A stretch of DNA of 64,000 nucleotides. It comes from a virus. Taxonomy: Duplodnaviria; Caudoviricetes. The stretch spans positions 10,074-74,073 of the IMG/VR virus record IMGVR_UViG_3300032007_000071; one strand, written 5' to 3'. Shown piece by piece: positions 43,589 through 53,771 of the stretch. Numbering within the stretch: position 1 is the first letter of the stretch; the number at the start of each line of letters is the position of its first letter. Made by a program: the position numbers and the translations under genes. The notes beneath the pieces were generated by a model. That model did no database searches. It was not told the origin of the DNA and was given only the letters and a program-made list of their open reading frames with translations.

Positions 43589-45628
43589 TTATCGGCGGCG
43601 ACGCTTTTCGGCCATCTCCTTGTCTTGCTTGCGCAGCCGCTCGCGGATCTCGTCAGCACTCATGTCAGAGGTGACAATACTCTTCACGGCTCCTGTCATC
43701 ACGGCACCAGTGCCATTGTCCTTGGGTACGCCAGCTTCGTCGTTGGCCATGGGAGCGGGCTCGGCAGCGAGCTCCTTGACCTCTCCACGCAGCTCGGAGA
43801 CCTGCTTCTTCAGTGCGGCAACGGATTCCGTCAGTACCTTGATGCTCTTGTCACGGTCGGCGATGGCGACAAGGTTCTTCGAGTTGTCCTTCGACTTCTC
43901 TTCGAGCTGCTTCTGTAACTCGGCAATCTTGCTGTCCTTTGCCTTGATGGTCTTGTCGCGTTCGGCTACAAGACTCTCGGCATTGCGCAGAGCGTCGTTG
44001 GCGTTGTCGTCCTTCTTGGGCTCTCCGCCACCGCATTTCTCGTCGGGTTCCTCACCCTTTTTCTTCTTCGGGTCGTCCTCCGGCTCGTTGGGCTCTGTGG
44101 CTGGTTCCTCGTTGGGATCCTCACCTTTGGGTTCCTCGGCTGGCTCCTCGTTGGGATCCTCGCCTTTAGGCTCCTCGTTGGGCTCTGTGGCGGGCTCCTC
44201 GTTAGGATCCTCACCCTTTGGCTCCTTGTTGGGCTCTGTAGCGGGCTCCTCGTTGGGGTCTTTCTTCTTAGGATCGTCCTCGCCTTTGGTAGGTTCGGTC
44301 TTGGGTGCCTCGGCAGTCTGTGCGGTCTGCTGGGCTTTCTTCTCTTTGTCTTCCATATTGTTATTGTGTTGTGGTTTAGCGATCTCTTTTTCTACCGGGC
44401 CAAATATCGTCTCGTGGACTTCCTTAACGTGTCCGTTGTTTACGATCTTTGTTGTGCCTTTCCTCGTAGATATGGCAGCCTTCTGCTGCTCGTTGAGTTT
44501 AGACATCTCGTCCTGCTCTTTCTTGTTGGCCGTGTTACCAATCTCCGGCTCATCTTCCGGGCCTTCGGGAACAGGCTGTGCGTCGGGGTTGGGGTCGGGT
44601 TCCGGCTCTTTCTGTGGGTCTGGCTCCACCTTGGGCTCTTCCTTCGGCTCGTCGTTAGTCTTGGAAGGCTCGGCTTTCTTTGCCTCACGTGCAGGAGTCA
44701 GTCTACCATCGGCCAACTCAAAGATGCACTCGATGGCGCGGTCGAGCGTGCCAATCTCATCGACGAGTGCCGGCATCACTTCCTGAGCCTCGAACACGTT
44801 GCCGCTCAACATCCAGTCCTCCACCAACGGACGGTTGTCGCGGACGGTCTGGTGGAACTCGTCGGTGTCCTTGTTGATGAGTGCCTGTAACTTCTCGTAG
44901 TCGCCCTCGGCGGCATTGCGATACCAGTCGTTCTTTTCTGGAGCGTTGTCGCCTACTATCTCGATGTATCGGGAGCCGTCCACGTCCTTTGCACCATCGG
45001 GGGTAGCCCAGAACGCAGCCATCGAGCCAATGCAGCCGATGTCGTCCTTGGGGTTCCGTACCACCATACGGTCGCAACGGCATCCGAGGTTGATGAGAGA
45101 GGAACAAGCCATGCCATCGACAAACATCACGGCCGGTTTCTTATGCGCACGCCAGTCCTCCATCATCAGGTCGTAATCCTTACGGCATGCGCTCTCACCA
45201 CCGGGACTGTTGACGATGAAGAGGTGGCCGACGACCTGTGGGATCGTATCGGCATAGAGAATCTGGTCGCGCCAGTCCTTGGTGCCATACGAACAGGCAC
45301 CACCGTCACGGGTGACAGGGCCGTTAATAGTTACCACGTTGATGACCTGATCGTCGTCGGCCAGTTCCTCGTCGTTCCAATATAGATGGTTCTCGACGCT
45401 GTGGATGTTGCCGACATAGAGTTTGTCCTGGAAGTTGCCGGCGATTGACTTCTTGGGGTCTTTAGAGATGATGCCTTTCTTGGAGAGGAAGTAACCCTGC
45501 TCCTTCTCTACATCATTATTAAGATGCACCTCGATGGCCTTCTTCAGGCCGTTGGCATAGTTCTGTGCCATATCGCGGCGGAAGTCCCATGACACCGTGC
45601 GAAGAATATTCAAGAGTGAAATGTCCAT
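43589..45628 (-). CDS. S49/ClpP-like prohead protease fused to acidic scaffold-like region
   Basis: VNSPGG, ACS, IGCIG motifs; EPKGEDPNEEPATEPN tandem repeats; C-terminal coiled coil. Confidence 0.8.
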   Translation of the reverse strand: MDISLLNILRTVSWDFRRDMAQNYANGLKKAIEVHLNNDVEKEQGYFLSKKGIISKDPKKSIAGNFQDKLYVGNIHSVENHLYWNDEELADDDQVINVVTINGPVTRDGGACSYGTKDWRDQILYADTIPQVVGHLFIVNSPGGESACRKDYDLMMEDWRAHKKPAVMFVDGMACSSLINLGCRCDRMVVRNPKDDIGCIGSMAAFWATPDGAKDVDGSRYIEIVGDNAPEKNDWYRNAAEGDYEKLQALINKDTDEFHQTVRDNRPLVEDWMLSGNVFEAQEVMPALVDEIGTLDRAIECIFELADGRLTPAREAKKAEPSKTNDEPKEEPKVEPDPQKEPEPDPNPDAQPVPEGPEDEPEIGNTANKKEQDEMSKLNEQQKAAISTRKGTTKIVNNGHVKEVHETIFGPVEKEIAKPQHNNNMEDKEKKAQQTAQTAEAPKTEPTKGEDDPKKKDPNEEPATEPNKEPKGEDPNEEPATEPNEEPKGEDPNEEPAEEPKGEDPNEEPATEPNEPEDDPKKKKGEEPDEKCGGGEPKKDDNANDALRNAESLVAERDKTIKAKDSKIAELQKQLEEKSKDNSKNLVAIADRDKSIKVLTESVAALKKQVSELRGEVKELAAEPAPMANDEAGVPKDNGTGAVMTGAVKSIVTSDMSADEIRERLRKQDKEMAEKRRRR

Positions 45629-45898
45629 AACCTTTGCGTTTGTTGAATTTTGGCCGAAAGTTAATACATTGAGGAACTTAGGTCAAGGGCAAAGTATTTC
45701 CGTAAGGTAGATACAAAAAATCAGCCTTAGTGACTTTGAGAAGTCTCTAATGCTGAATTTTAGAATCAGAAGTACTGATTGCGAGCAAACACAATGCTGT
45801 TTGCTCGAAAACAGTACGGTGATTTTTTGGGGGCTGTTTTTGGGGGTATAAAAAAGGCAGACGTTTTGATCGTCTGCCTTGTCTTTTTTGGTGGTTGG

Positions 45899-46612
45899 TT
45901 ATTTCTCTCCGGGTTGTTTCTCTGCCGCCATGTCCACGCGGTCGTTGATGCCGATGTGAGAGTTGTGAACGTCTTGGATGTTGACGGGCATCCGGCGGAG
46001 GAAGGTCTCTTGGTTGCGCAGCAGCTCTGAGAACTTCGCCTTCAGTTCGGCAATGTCGTGCTCCAAGAGATCCACCCGATGGGCAAGCTCAGCATAAGAG
46101 GGAGCGGTGCGCTCTTCCGTTTTTGTGGCACAGCCCCGGTTGGGGTCGTTGAGAAAGAGGAAAGGTGAGAGGGAGAAGGCGTTGCAGGTGGCGAAGAAGT
46201 CCGTTACCTTGAACCGCCGTTTGAGTGAAAAGCGTTCGTGTGGCTTCTGTGCACTGGCTTTCATCACCACAGCCACGTCTTTCCAGTTGATCCGTCCGTT
46301 GCCGTCGCCAAAGGTGTTCTCTACCGCCTCGTAGTTCCACGACACGGGCTTCCACTGGTCGAGCGGGATGGTAGCACTTTCCCGGTTGGGGATGATGAAA
46401 TTGTTGTCCTCGGCCACAAAAAGGTATAACGGCATCCGCAGGGAGTTGCAGAGGTTGAGTAGAACTTGTATGCTTACAACATTTTCGTTTGTTGTGTAGC
46501 GACTCAGTACCTGCTGGCGTAGTCCGCAGCGACGTGCTATCTCAGTACCCGTGATGTCTAACACCTCGGATAACCGACTGAATAGCGGTAAGTTAAAGCT
46601 CCATTTGTCCAT
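45899..46612 (-). CDS. CI-like repressor with two HTH_XRE-like domains
   Basis: GTEIARRCGLRQQVLSRY...LLNLCNSL and a second INWKDVAVVM..S unit; divergent from the replication operon. Confidence 0.7.
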   Translation of the reverse strand: MDKWSFNLPLFSRLSEVLDITGTEIARRCGLRQQVLSRYTTNENVVSIQVLLNLCNSLRMPLYLFVAEDNNFIIPNRESATIPLDQWKPVSWNYEAVENTFGDGNGRINWKDVAVVMKASAQKPHERFSLKRRFKVTDFFATCNAFSLSPFLFLNDPNRGCATKTEERTAPSYAELAHRVDLLEHDIAELKAKFSELLRNQETFLRRMPVNIQDVHNSHIGINDRVDMAAEKQPGEK

Positions 46613-46707
46613 GATCGCATATTCTTTATGGTTGATACTCTAAAATTTTAACATATAGTTTTGGTGAATATATCTCCAAAACTCTTTGTCATTTCGCACA
46701 AAAGTTA

Positions 46708-46715
46708 TACCTTTG
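46708..46715 (+). promoter_or_regulatory. -7 box TACCTTTG of the rightward lytic operon
   Basis: consensus match, TTTG at 46685 upstream. Confidence 0.6.
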
Positions 46716-46741
46716 TGGCAAAGTTACAACAAATATGTGAA

Positions 46742-47101
46742 ATGAGCAACCAAAAACATAAAATCAAACCCGCGGTAAAGCACTACTTCCTCCGCCTTTG
46801 GGCAGCCCTCTGTGGCCGCGACCTATATAATAAGGAGAAGAAGGAGCTGGAGCAGCGCCTTGACAAGGCCACTGCCGAGTTGGGCAAACTGAAAGAGATG
46901 TATGCCACGGCTTTGGACCAGTGGAGCAACGCACAGGTTATGGCCAGGGATTTGGACGAACAGAACACAGTGCTGACGCATGATCTTGCCGAGTTCCGTG
47001 ATTCCCTCTCCTCGTGCCGCCGTCTCGTCGAGACCCTCCGTGAGCACCTCCGGGAAAAGGACAAGCAGCTCGACGCTTATGTAAAAGGAGCACATATATA
47101 A
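46742..47101 (+). CDS. coiled-coil hypothetical protein
   Basis: start moved to the ATG at 46742. Confidence 0.7.
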   Translation: MSNQKHKIKPAVKHYFLRLWAALCGRDLYNKEKKELEQRLDKATAELGKLKEMYATALDQWSNAQVMARDLDEQNTVLTHDLAEFRDSLSSCRRLVETLREHLREKDKQLDAYVKGAHI

Positions 47102-47124
47102 TAAGGTGTACCAAAACAAGAAGA

Positions 47125-47418
47125 ATGAATATAGGACAAGCAATCAAGATGCTTCGTCAGAAGCGAAATATGACACAAGGCGATCTGGCTTCACGTATCG
47201 GAATGAGCGTGAATGCGGTGAGCTCGTGGGAGCTGGGTAAGTCGTTCCCGCCCAAGGAGAGCATCAACCTCGTCTGTGAGGCTTTCGGCATCCCCGAGAG
47301 CTACCTCATGCTTGCTTGTCTGGAGGAGAAAGATGTACCCGAAGAGAAGCGGGCGGTCTATCGTGCGTTGATAGATCCGTTGAAGAATATTCTGTTGGAG
47401 AAAGGTGACGAGAAGTGA
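47125..47418 (+). CDS. HTH XRE-family transcriptional regulator (Cro-like position)
   Basis: LRQKRNMTQGDLASRIGMSVNAVSSWELGK. Confidence 0.9.
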   Translation: MNIGQAIKMLRQKRNMTQGDLASRIGMSVNAVSSWELGKSFPPKESINLVCEAFGIPESYLMLACLEEKDVPEEKRAVYRALIDPLKNILLEKGDEK

Positions 47419-50400
47419 GAAAGGAGAGTCTGGACATACTTCGTAACATCTCACTCGTAGAGGTGATGCGCGCCAACGGCTATGAGCCTGTCCGGTTGCC
47501 GAAGGGTGACGGCCGAGTGCTCTATCTCTGTCCGTTCCACGATGACCATGATGCCTCGTTTGCTGTTGATCAGCGTGTGAAGGATGGTGCGGACGCACCG
47601 GGATGGGGATGCTTCGGATGTGGACGGAAAGGTTATGGAGCCATAGCACTGCAGGCTGCCCTGTTGGGGTACGACTGCACCTCACTCACTGCCGAGCAGA
47701 TGCGTGAGGTATGCCAGCGGCTCGTCGATGACCACGCCATTGAGCTCCCGGACGTGAAACCCACGGAGCCGAGCGAGCGTACCGAGGCCATCAACCCGCA
47801 GGATTGTGAGTTTGACCTTACGCCCTGGACGGCGCAACATCTCAATGCGCTGGGCTTCGCCACCAAGATAGCGACGGAGCAGCAGGGCGATGCGCTGATC
47901 GTGAAGCGGAAAGCGGCCGACACGAAGGACACAGACAAAGAGCAACCGCTCTACCGCTGCTCCATCGACAGAGACTATTGGCGGGGTAGGGGAGAAAGCC
48001 GTACCGCTAAGGAGTGGGGCGAGATCCTCGAAAAGACGTTCGACGTCTATCCCGTGGAAACGTTTACCACTGCTCCCGTGACTGTCACCAATGGCAGTGG
48101 CAAGGTGTCGTTGAAGATACCGTCACGGCCGAGCTATCCCATCTTCGCCTTCACATACGATTGGGGCATTAAGAAATATGAGCCGAAAGGTGGACCCTCG
48201 CACAAATGGTACTGGAGTCGGAGCGAGGGACTGGCTACCAAGATCTATGGTGATAACGTGGCGGTAGTAGCCCTCCGGCAAGCCGCCAAGACGAACACCG
48301 ACGATGGGAAGTCGGAACGCCCGTGGTTCGCTGACTCGCTGAAAGACCGTCGTCACCCGGTCATCGTCACCGAGCGTGACAGTGACAAGAATCCCGTCAA
48401 GGCAAAGATGAAACGACTGGTGCTTTGTAGTGGTCCGAGAGATGCCATGCAGATGTGGGCGGCAACAGACGCTCATGTGCTGTGGCTTCACAATGAGTTG
48501 GCAGGTATCAAGGACGGGATGGTGGACGACTGGCTGAAAGCACTCTTAGTGAGAATGTCGTCAGTGGCCGTGAATATCTACGTCTGCTACGACCTCGACA
48601 CCACGGGCGTGACAAGCAGTGCTGCCATTGCCCTGGAAAACCCCAAGGTACACTGGGTGCGCTTGCCGCAGGAGATGACGGCCGTCACCCTCCCTGCTAA
48701 GAAGAAAGGGGAAGTGAAACGATTAAAGGATGTAACCGATTTCGTGACACGCTTCCATCAGATACAGAAACACTTCGCTCCCGACCTTCGCAAGAACAAC
48801 CCCTCGGAGGCACTGATGCGCTTGTTGAAGAATGCGCTGACGATGCAGTTCTGGATCGACAAGCCGACAACGAAGAAAGACAAGGACGGAGCGCGGGAGA
48901 CCAACGTGCGCTATGTGCTGAGCGTGGCCAACCTCCTTCAGTTCCTCGGAGCGAAAGGAATCCGTTGCGTGCAGGACGAGCACGGTCAACGGGCGTTCTA
49001 CCAGCTCTCCTACAACAATACCTACCGCTACCTCGACACGTCGAGAGCGGGCAGTCAGCTGGAGAGTGTCTGCCGCACGGCGATGCTCAACTGGATAGAC
49101 GCACATATCACCGACGAGGACGCGCCTTATAAGGCCAACCTCGTGAACACCATCTTCACCGGCAAGGGGCTCGACCCTCGCACGATGAACACGATGTCGA
49201 CAACACCCATCAACGAACACTCGTGGGGAGAGGACTTCGACCATTTCTTCTTCGCCAACTGTGCCGTGAGGGTGACGAAAGACGAGATCAAGGCGGTGCA
49301 ATATGCCCAGCTTCCCTATGTCACCAACGAGGAGTGTATCCTGCCTGGCGACTACTCCTATATCAAGCAGCCGTGGCGCATCATCATCCATCCGAGATAC
49401 GAGGCGGAGAAGAAACGGCATGAGGAGATCAGTAAGGAGTGCAGCACCCCCGCCATGCGTGCCGCCGAGAACAGACGGTGGACACAATGGGAGCAACTCT
49501 GGAAATATAAGCTCGTCATGGACAAGCCGCTCAACGAGATGCCGCTTCACTTCCGGTTCCTCTACAACCTCGGACGGATTTTCTGGGAGAAGGAGAGTTT
49601 CGGAGAGAAACTGACGGAGACGGAGAAGCAGATGCAGGACATGCACTTCATCAATAAGGTACATGCCATTGGCTATGCCATCACGCGCCATCGGAGCCGT
49701 GCCCGTCAGCAGATCGTTCACTTCACTGACTATGCAGTGAGTGACGAACAGAAAGCAAGCGGGAGAAACGGCAAGAGTGCGGTCATTGACATGTTGGCTT
49801 CCGTAAGACCCTCATCGGCAAACGTGGCGGGAAAGAGTATCAACGGTAACAACATCACGTTGAGCATCATGCTCGGAGATGTGGTGGCTGGCGTACACAG
49901 TCTGGTATGCGTCGATGAGCTGCCCGACGGCTTCAAGGCAGAGGAGCTCTACAATGCCCCGGTATCACTCGTGTGCAAGACATTATATAAGCAGCCCGTG
50001 ACCCTCCGGGGCGACGACGTTCCCAAGCTCTTCATCGCAAGCAACAAGCCCTTCGACCGCTCCAGCGGTTCAACGAAAGGACGTATCTATCCTTGCTTCA
50101 CGAGCGACTACTACCATGCCGCCACAGACGACGGACGATGGTTGGACTTCTCGCCAAAGGATGAATTTATGGAGCAGTATGGCGTGCAGGAGGTGGCGAA
50201 CGGACTGTCCGACGACCTGCTGAACGAGTTGCGCAACCTGCTCCTCGCTTGTGCGCAGTTCTTCTTCCAACACCCGACCGACACCATCCTCCCACCGACG
50301 GAGAGCCGATCATTGCGACGTGAGATCTATGCGATGACAAAGGACGCGGGACTCACCGACTGGCTCCTCGCTTACTTTGAGGACACGCCCGACAATGCCC

Positions 50401-50882
50401 ACTACGGGCAACCGATACCCCCGCAGGAGATGGCGATCAGTCTGTTAGACTCGGAGAGCGATACCGTCACGACGGCGACAATCGAGAAGGCGAAGAAGCG
50501 GATTATGAAATACCTCAAACCCTGTCTGAACCGCATGGGGGTGGTCATGGATCCGGACGTGGTACTGAACACGGCTTCTTACCGACGACACGGCGGACGA
50601 CAGATGCGGGCATGGCTCACACAACTCGATGCCGAGGGGAAGCCGATCGAGAAAATGACCAAGAACAAATATCGGCAGGTGGTGAGCACGGGCGAAAGGG
50701 TGCCGAGAGAGTTGAGTGCGCATGTCTTCGTCCACTACTTCTACCACAATCGACCGGGAGCCATCCCCACCAACCCCTACGAGCCGGGGCATGAGGGCAA
50801 CGAAAGCTATGTGCAGGCCGCTCTCGATCACGACCCGGAAGCGGTGGGAGAGACCGAGAAAGAAGATAAACAAACCGAATAA
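47415..50882 (+). CDS. DNA primase-helicase (CHC2 zinc finger + Toprim + P-loop)
   Basis: CPFHDD...WGCFGCG; LCSGPRD...CYDLD; SGRNGKS Walker A and VCVDE Walker B. Confidence 0.85.
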   Translation: MRKESLDILRNISLVEVMRANGYEPVRLPKGDGRVLYLCPFHDDHDASFAVDQRVKDGADAPGWGCFGCGRKGYGAIALQAALLGYDCTSLTAEQMREVCQRLVDDHAIELPDVKPTEPSERTEAINPQDCEFDLTPWTAQHLNALGFATKIATEQQGDALIVKRKAADTKDTDKEQPLYRCSIDRDYWRGRGESRTAKEWGEILEKTFDVYPVETFTTAPVTVTNGSGKVSLKIPSRPSYPIFAFTYDWGIKKYEPKGGPSHKWYWSRSEGLATKIYGDNVAVVALRQAAKTNTDDGKSERPWFADSLKDRRHPVIVTERDSDKNPVKAKMKRLVLCSGPRDAMQMWAATDAHVLWLHNELAGIKDGMVDDWLKALLVRMSSVAVNIYVCYDLDTTGVTSSAAIALENPKVHWVRLPQEMTAVTLPAKKKGEVKRLKDVTDFVTRFHQIQKHFAPDLRKNNPSEALMRLLKNALTMQFWIDKPTTKKDKDGARETNVRYVLSVANLLQFLGAKGIRCVQDEHGQRAFYQLSYNNTYRYLDTSRAGSQLESVCRTAMLNWIDAHITDEDAPYKANLVNTIFTGKGLDPRTMNTMSTTPINEHSWGEDFDHFFFANCAVRVTKDEIKAVQYAQLPYVTNEECILPGDYSYIKQPWRIIIHPRYEAEKKRHEEISKECSTPAMRAAENRRWTQWEQLWKYKLVMDKPLNEMPLHFRFLYNLGRIFWEKESFGEKLTETEKQMQDMHFINKVHAIGYAITRHRSRARQQIVHFTDYAVSDEQKASGRNGKSAVIDMLASVRPSSANVAGKSINGNNITLSIMLGDVVAGVHSLVCVDELPDGFKAEELYNAPVSLVCKTLYKQPVTLRGDDVPKLFIASNKPFDRSSGSTKGRIYPCFTSDYYHAATDDGRWLDFSPKDEFMEQYGVQEVANGLSDDLLNELRNLLLACAQFFFQHPTDTILPPTESRSLRREIYAMTKDAGLTDWLLAYFEDTPDNAHYGQPIPPQEMAISLLDSESDTVTTATIEKAKKRIMKYLKPCLNRMGVVMDPDVVLNTASYRRHGGRQMRAWLTQLDAEGKPIEKMTKNKYRQVVSTGERVPRELSAHVFVHYFYHNRPGAIPTNPYEPGHEGNESYVQAALDHDPEAVGETEKEDKQTE

Positions 50883-50895
50883 ACGATAAACAGAT

Positions 50896-51357
50896 ATGGT
50901 CAACAAAAAGGACTGCAAAGTCGTCGTCTTGAAACGCTCCTGCCTGACGGGAAGAATCGTCTGGGCATATCGGGGCGACAGTGAGGAGGGTGCCCGCAAA
51001 GCCTATTGGCGAGCCTGTAAGAAAGAGGTGAGACGTGTGCGCAACTGGATGAAGCGTATGGCAAACCGCCGCCGACAACTGCTACGCATCATCACCCACG
51101 GCGACAACACTTCGGTGAGCAGCTCCATGCTAAAGAGTATGAATCCTCAGCAACGGGCGGCAGCGCGCAAAATTATGCAACTCGCCAAGAAAGAGCCGCC
51201 GTTGGACAGAGCATTCTATGACCATATCATCGAGGAAGCGAAAAGACGCAACTGGCAGTCGGGACGGTGGAAAGAAACCCGTGAGAAGATGATACGCTAC
51301 GGTCAGACCCACACGGCCAGCGAATACCAACCCAAGGACAAAAAGAAAAAACAATAG
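50896..51357 (+). CDS. basic hypothetical protein
   Basis: 153 aa, Arg/Lys-rich. Confidence 0.7.
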   Translation: MVNKKDCKVVVLKRSCLTGRIVWAYRGDSEEGARKAYWRACKKEVRRVRNWMKRMANRRRQLLRIITHGDNTSVSSSMLKSMNPQQRAAARKIMQLAKKEPPLDRAFYDHIIEEAKRRNWQSGRWKETREKMIRYGQTHTASEYQPKDKKKKQ

Positions 51358-51401
51358 ATAATGAATTTTACATAATTCGTATTTAAGAATAAAAGAAAAC
51401 A

Positions 51402-52286
51402 ATGAGATACATTAATCCAATCGTAGAATACTGGCAGCAGTCGAAAGACCGTGCGGCACATGTGGCGAAATGCGCCCGTGTGTGCTACGCCTCAGAGAAG
51501 ACCACCGACAACGAGCAGATGGTGGCTCGGCTCGAAGCCAACAAGCACATGTCGATGTTCCGCCACGAGAGCCGCTACTATATTGTCCCGGATATTAAAC
51601 TATTGAAAGCCGACTGGGTGATCCACTTCCTACAGAACAAGGACTATGTCGGGTGCTACGTGCTGAACAAGCGTTCCGCATGGATCAGTACCAACGGGCA
51701 GTTCGTGCGCGAGCATACCGCCATATTTGAGGGAGAGCTGGGGAAGTATGAAGTGGACCCGTCGGTGTTCCGGGCCAAGGCACGGGAGAGCAAGCAGAAA
51801 GCTATCATGATGCTGGTGCGCCACACACTCTGCGTGACGACGAGCATTGCCATCACCAGGGAGCTGAACCGCAAGTCGCCCAACAGCATCGCCGAGCAGA
51901 GTACGAGATACGTCAACTTCGGAAAGAAGTTCGGTGGTATCACCATCTGCCGGTCGTGGTTTCAACTGGCATGGCACAAAGACAAGATGAGCCATTCATG
52001 GTGGCGCACGCTGCCCATCCGCCTCTCATGGCATGTCGCTGATTGGGCTTACCGCTTGTCATTGCGGTTGGGTGTGAAGCCACAGGACGCACGAGCCTGT
52101 CTGCCCTTGGAGACCGCCAGTCGTGCCGTCTATACCTACAACGGCTTCGAGTGGAAAGAGATCCTCGATCTGCGATTGCGTCAGCTCACCGGACCTGCAC
52201 ACCCCGATGCGGTGATCATCGCCGAAAAGATACAACATGCGATCCTATGGCAGATGAACCTGTGCGGAATAAACATCAGTATTTAG
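51402..52286 (+). CDS. thyX: FAD-dependent thymidylate synthase
   Basis: CARVCY, HMSMFRH, RELNRKSPNSIAEQSTRY, ARACLPL, HPDA motifs. Confidence 0.82.
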   Translation: MRYINPIVEYWQQSKDRAAHVAKCARVCYASEKTTDNEQMVARLEANKHMSMFRHESRYYIVPDIKLLKADWVIHFLQNKDYVGCYVLNKRSAWISTNGQFVREHTAIFEGELGKYEVDPSVFRAKARESKQKAIMMLVRHTLCVTTSIAITRELNRKSPNSIAEQSTRYVNFGKKFGGITICRSWFQLAWHKDKMSHSWWRTLPIRLSWHVADWAYRLSLRLGVKPQDARACLPLETASRAVYTYNGFEWKEILDLRLRQLTGPAHPDAVIIAEKIQHAILWQMNLCGINISI

Positions 52287-52497
52287 GGCATACGGAGCAT
52301 GGACTTCGTGCAGTTTTTGCACGTACTGCCCTACCCGCACATAGTACTGATTATGATAAATCTCAGAGCACAAACGTGTGTACGATAAATGATGAAATGA
52401 AAGGTATGTGTTATCTGTTCCTACCCCTTCGGAACCTTTCTTGCCATTGATGGACTGGAGGTGGTAAATACGGACCAATTAGAAATTGAAATAGACC

Positions 52498-52698
52498 ATG
52501 ACAGAATATGAATACAGACAACGACGGCTACTGCTGCAAGAGCGGTTCCTGGCGATCCCCAACCCGAAAGTGCTGCGGCATACGGCCAACAGAGTGATGC
52601 GGATGATGGCCGCTCTCGACGCGGAATATACGGGTCGGCCAGAGGAGGACTGCTATAATCAGCTCGTGAAGGTACTAAAAGAGAAAGGAAAACTATGA
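52498..52698 (+). CDS. hypothetical protein
   Basis: 66 aa, ATGA overlap with the next gene. Confidence 0.65.
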   Translation: MTEYEYRQRRLLLQERFLAIPNPKVLRHTANRVMRMMAALDAEYTGRPEEDCYNQLVKVLKEKGKL

Positions 52699-53240
52699 AG
52701 AAGAAAGTGCTGTGCATCATCGGCCATTCAGGGAGTGGCAAGACGACCATCGAGGAGATATTGGCGAGAACCTTCCCGTTGCATTTCAACCGGGTGGTGA
52801 GCTACACCACTCGTCCGATGCGGGAAGGAGAGCAGGAAGGCGTGGAGCACCATTTCGTCGGGAAGGACAAAGTGCCGACGGGCAAGGATGTGCTGGCCTA
52901 TACCAAGTATGGAGACTACGAGTATTGGGCGTTACCCGGCGACCTTGCGACGGGGAAGATCAATACCTACGTCATCGACGTGGAGGGCTACCGCTACCTG
53001 CAACGGTTCTATGGCGACCAGTTGGAACTTCGGGTGATGTACGTCAAACGAAGCACGTGCAGCGACATAGACCCAGAGCGGGCGCACAGAGATGAGGGAC
53101 GGATGCAGCTGGAACCGGACGACATCGACGTGTTGCTTCGGAACAATGGAAGCATCAGTGATCTGATCGCCAACGTGACGAACAATATCATCTATTACAT
53201 CATGAGCATCTTCAACGAGAACCCTTTGGATGCCAAATAG
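52695..53240 (+). CDS. gmk: guanylate kinase-like protein
   Basis: GHSGSGKTT, VSYTTRPMREGE.EGV.HHFV. Confidence 0.85.
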   Translation: MKKKVLCIIGHSGSGKTTIEEILARTFPLHFNRVVSYTTRPMREGEQEGVEHHFVGKDKVPTGKDVLAYTKYGDYEYWALPGDLATGKINTYVIDVEGYRYLQRFYGDQLELRVMYVKRSTCSDIDPERAHRDEGRMQLEPDDIDVLLRNNGSISDLIANVTNNIIYYIMSIFNENPLDAK

Positions 53241-53273
53241 GGAAAAGTAGTATAATCATAAAAACTAAAAGCA

Positions 53274-53771
53274 ATGAAATCAAAGACAAGTTTGTGGTTT
53301 GAAACCAAGGTCCGCCTTGACAAAGTACAGGAAGACGGAACCCAGAAGAAAGTGACGGAACTTTACGTCGTCGAAGCAATGAGCTTCACCGAGGCCGAGG
53401 CGAAGATTACTGCCGTGGCAAAAGACTATACGTCGGGCGAGTTCTCTGTCAAGAATATCACGCCAACGAGCTATCACGAGATCTTCTTCTCGGAAAACAG
53501 CAAGGACGACAAGTGGTACAAGGCCAAGCTCCAGTTTATCACCATCGACGAGAAGACGGAGAAGGAAAAGCACCAGACCATCTACTACCTCGTGCAGGGC
53601 AGCTCCACCGAGAGTGCACAAAAGACTATCAACGAGGTTATGGGCCACACGATGATAGATTATGTTATCGTAAGCATCGTCGAGACGAAGATCCTTGATG
53701 TCTTTGAGCATAAAGCCAACGATGGCGCAGCAGAGACTGGAAGCAATAAAACCATTGATGAGTTTGAATAA
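53274..53771 (+). CDS. DUF4494-family protein
   Basis: WFETKVR.DK..EDG..KKVTE.Y.V.A.SFTEAE, DDKWYKAKL.FITIDE. Confidence 0.85.
   Translation: MKSKTSLWFETKVRLDKVQEDGTQKKVTELYVVEAMSFTEAEAKITAVAKDYTSGEFSVKNITPTSYHEIFFSENSKDDKWYKAKLQFITIDEKTEKEKHQTIYYLVQGSSTESAQKTINEVMGHTMIDYVIVSIVETKILDVFEHKANDGAAETGSNKTIDEFE

Noticed and set aside
43503-44786. 427-aa Ser/Gly-rich plus-strand ORF
   Set aside because: Antisense shadow of the acidic repeat region of the protease gene.
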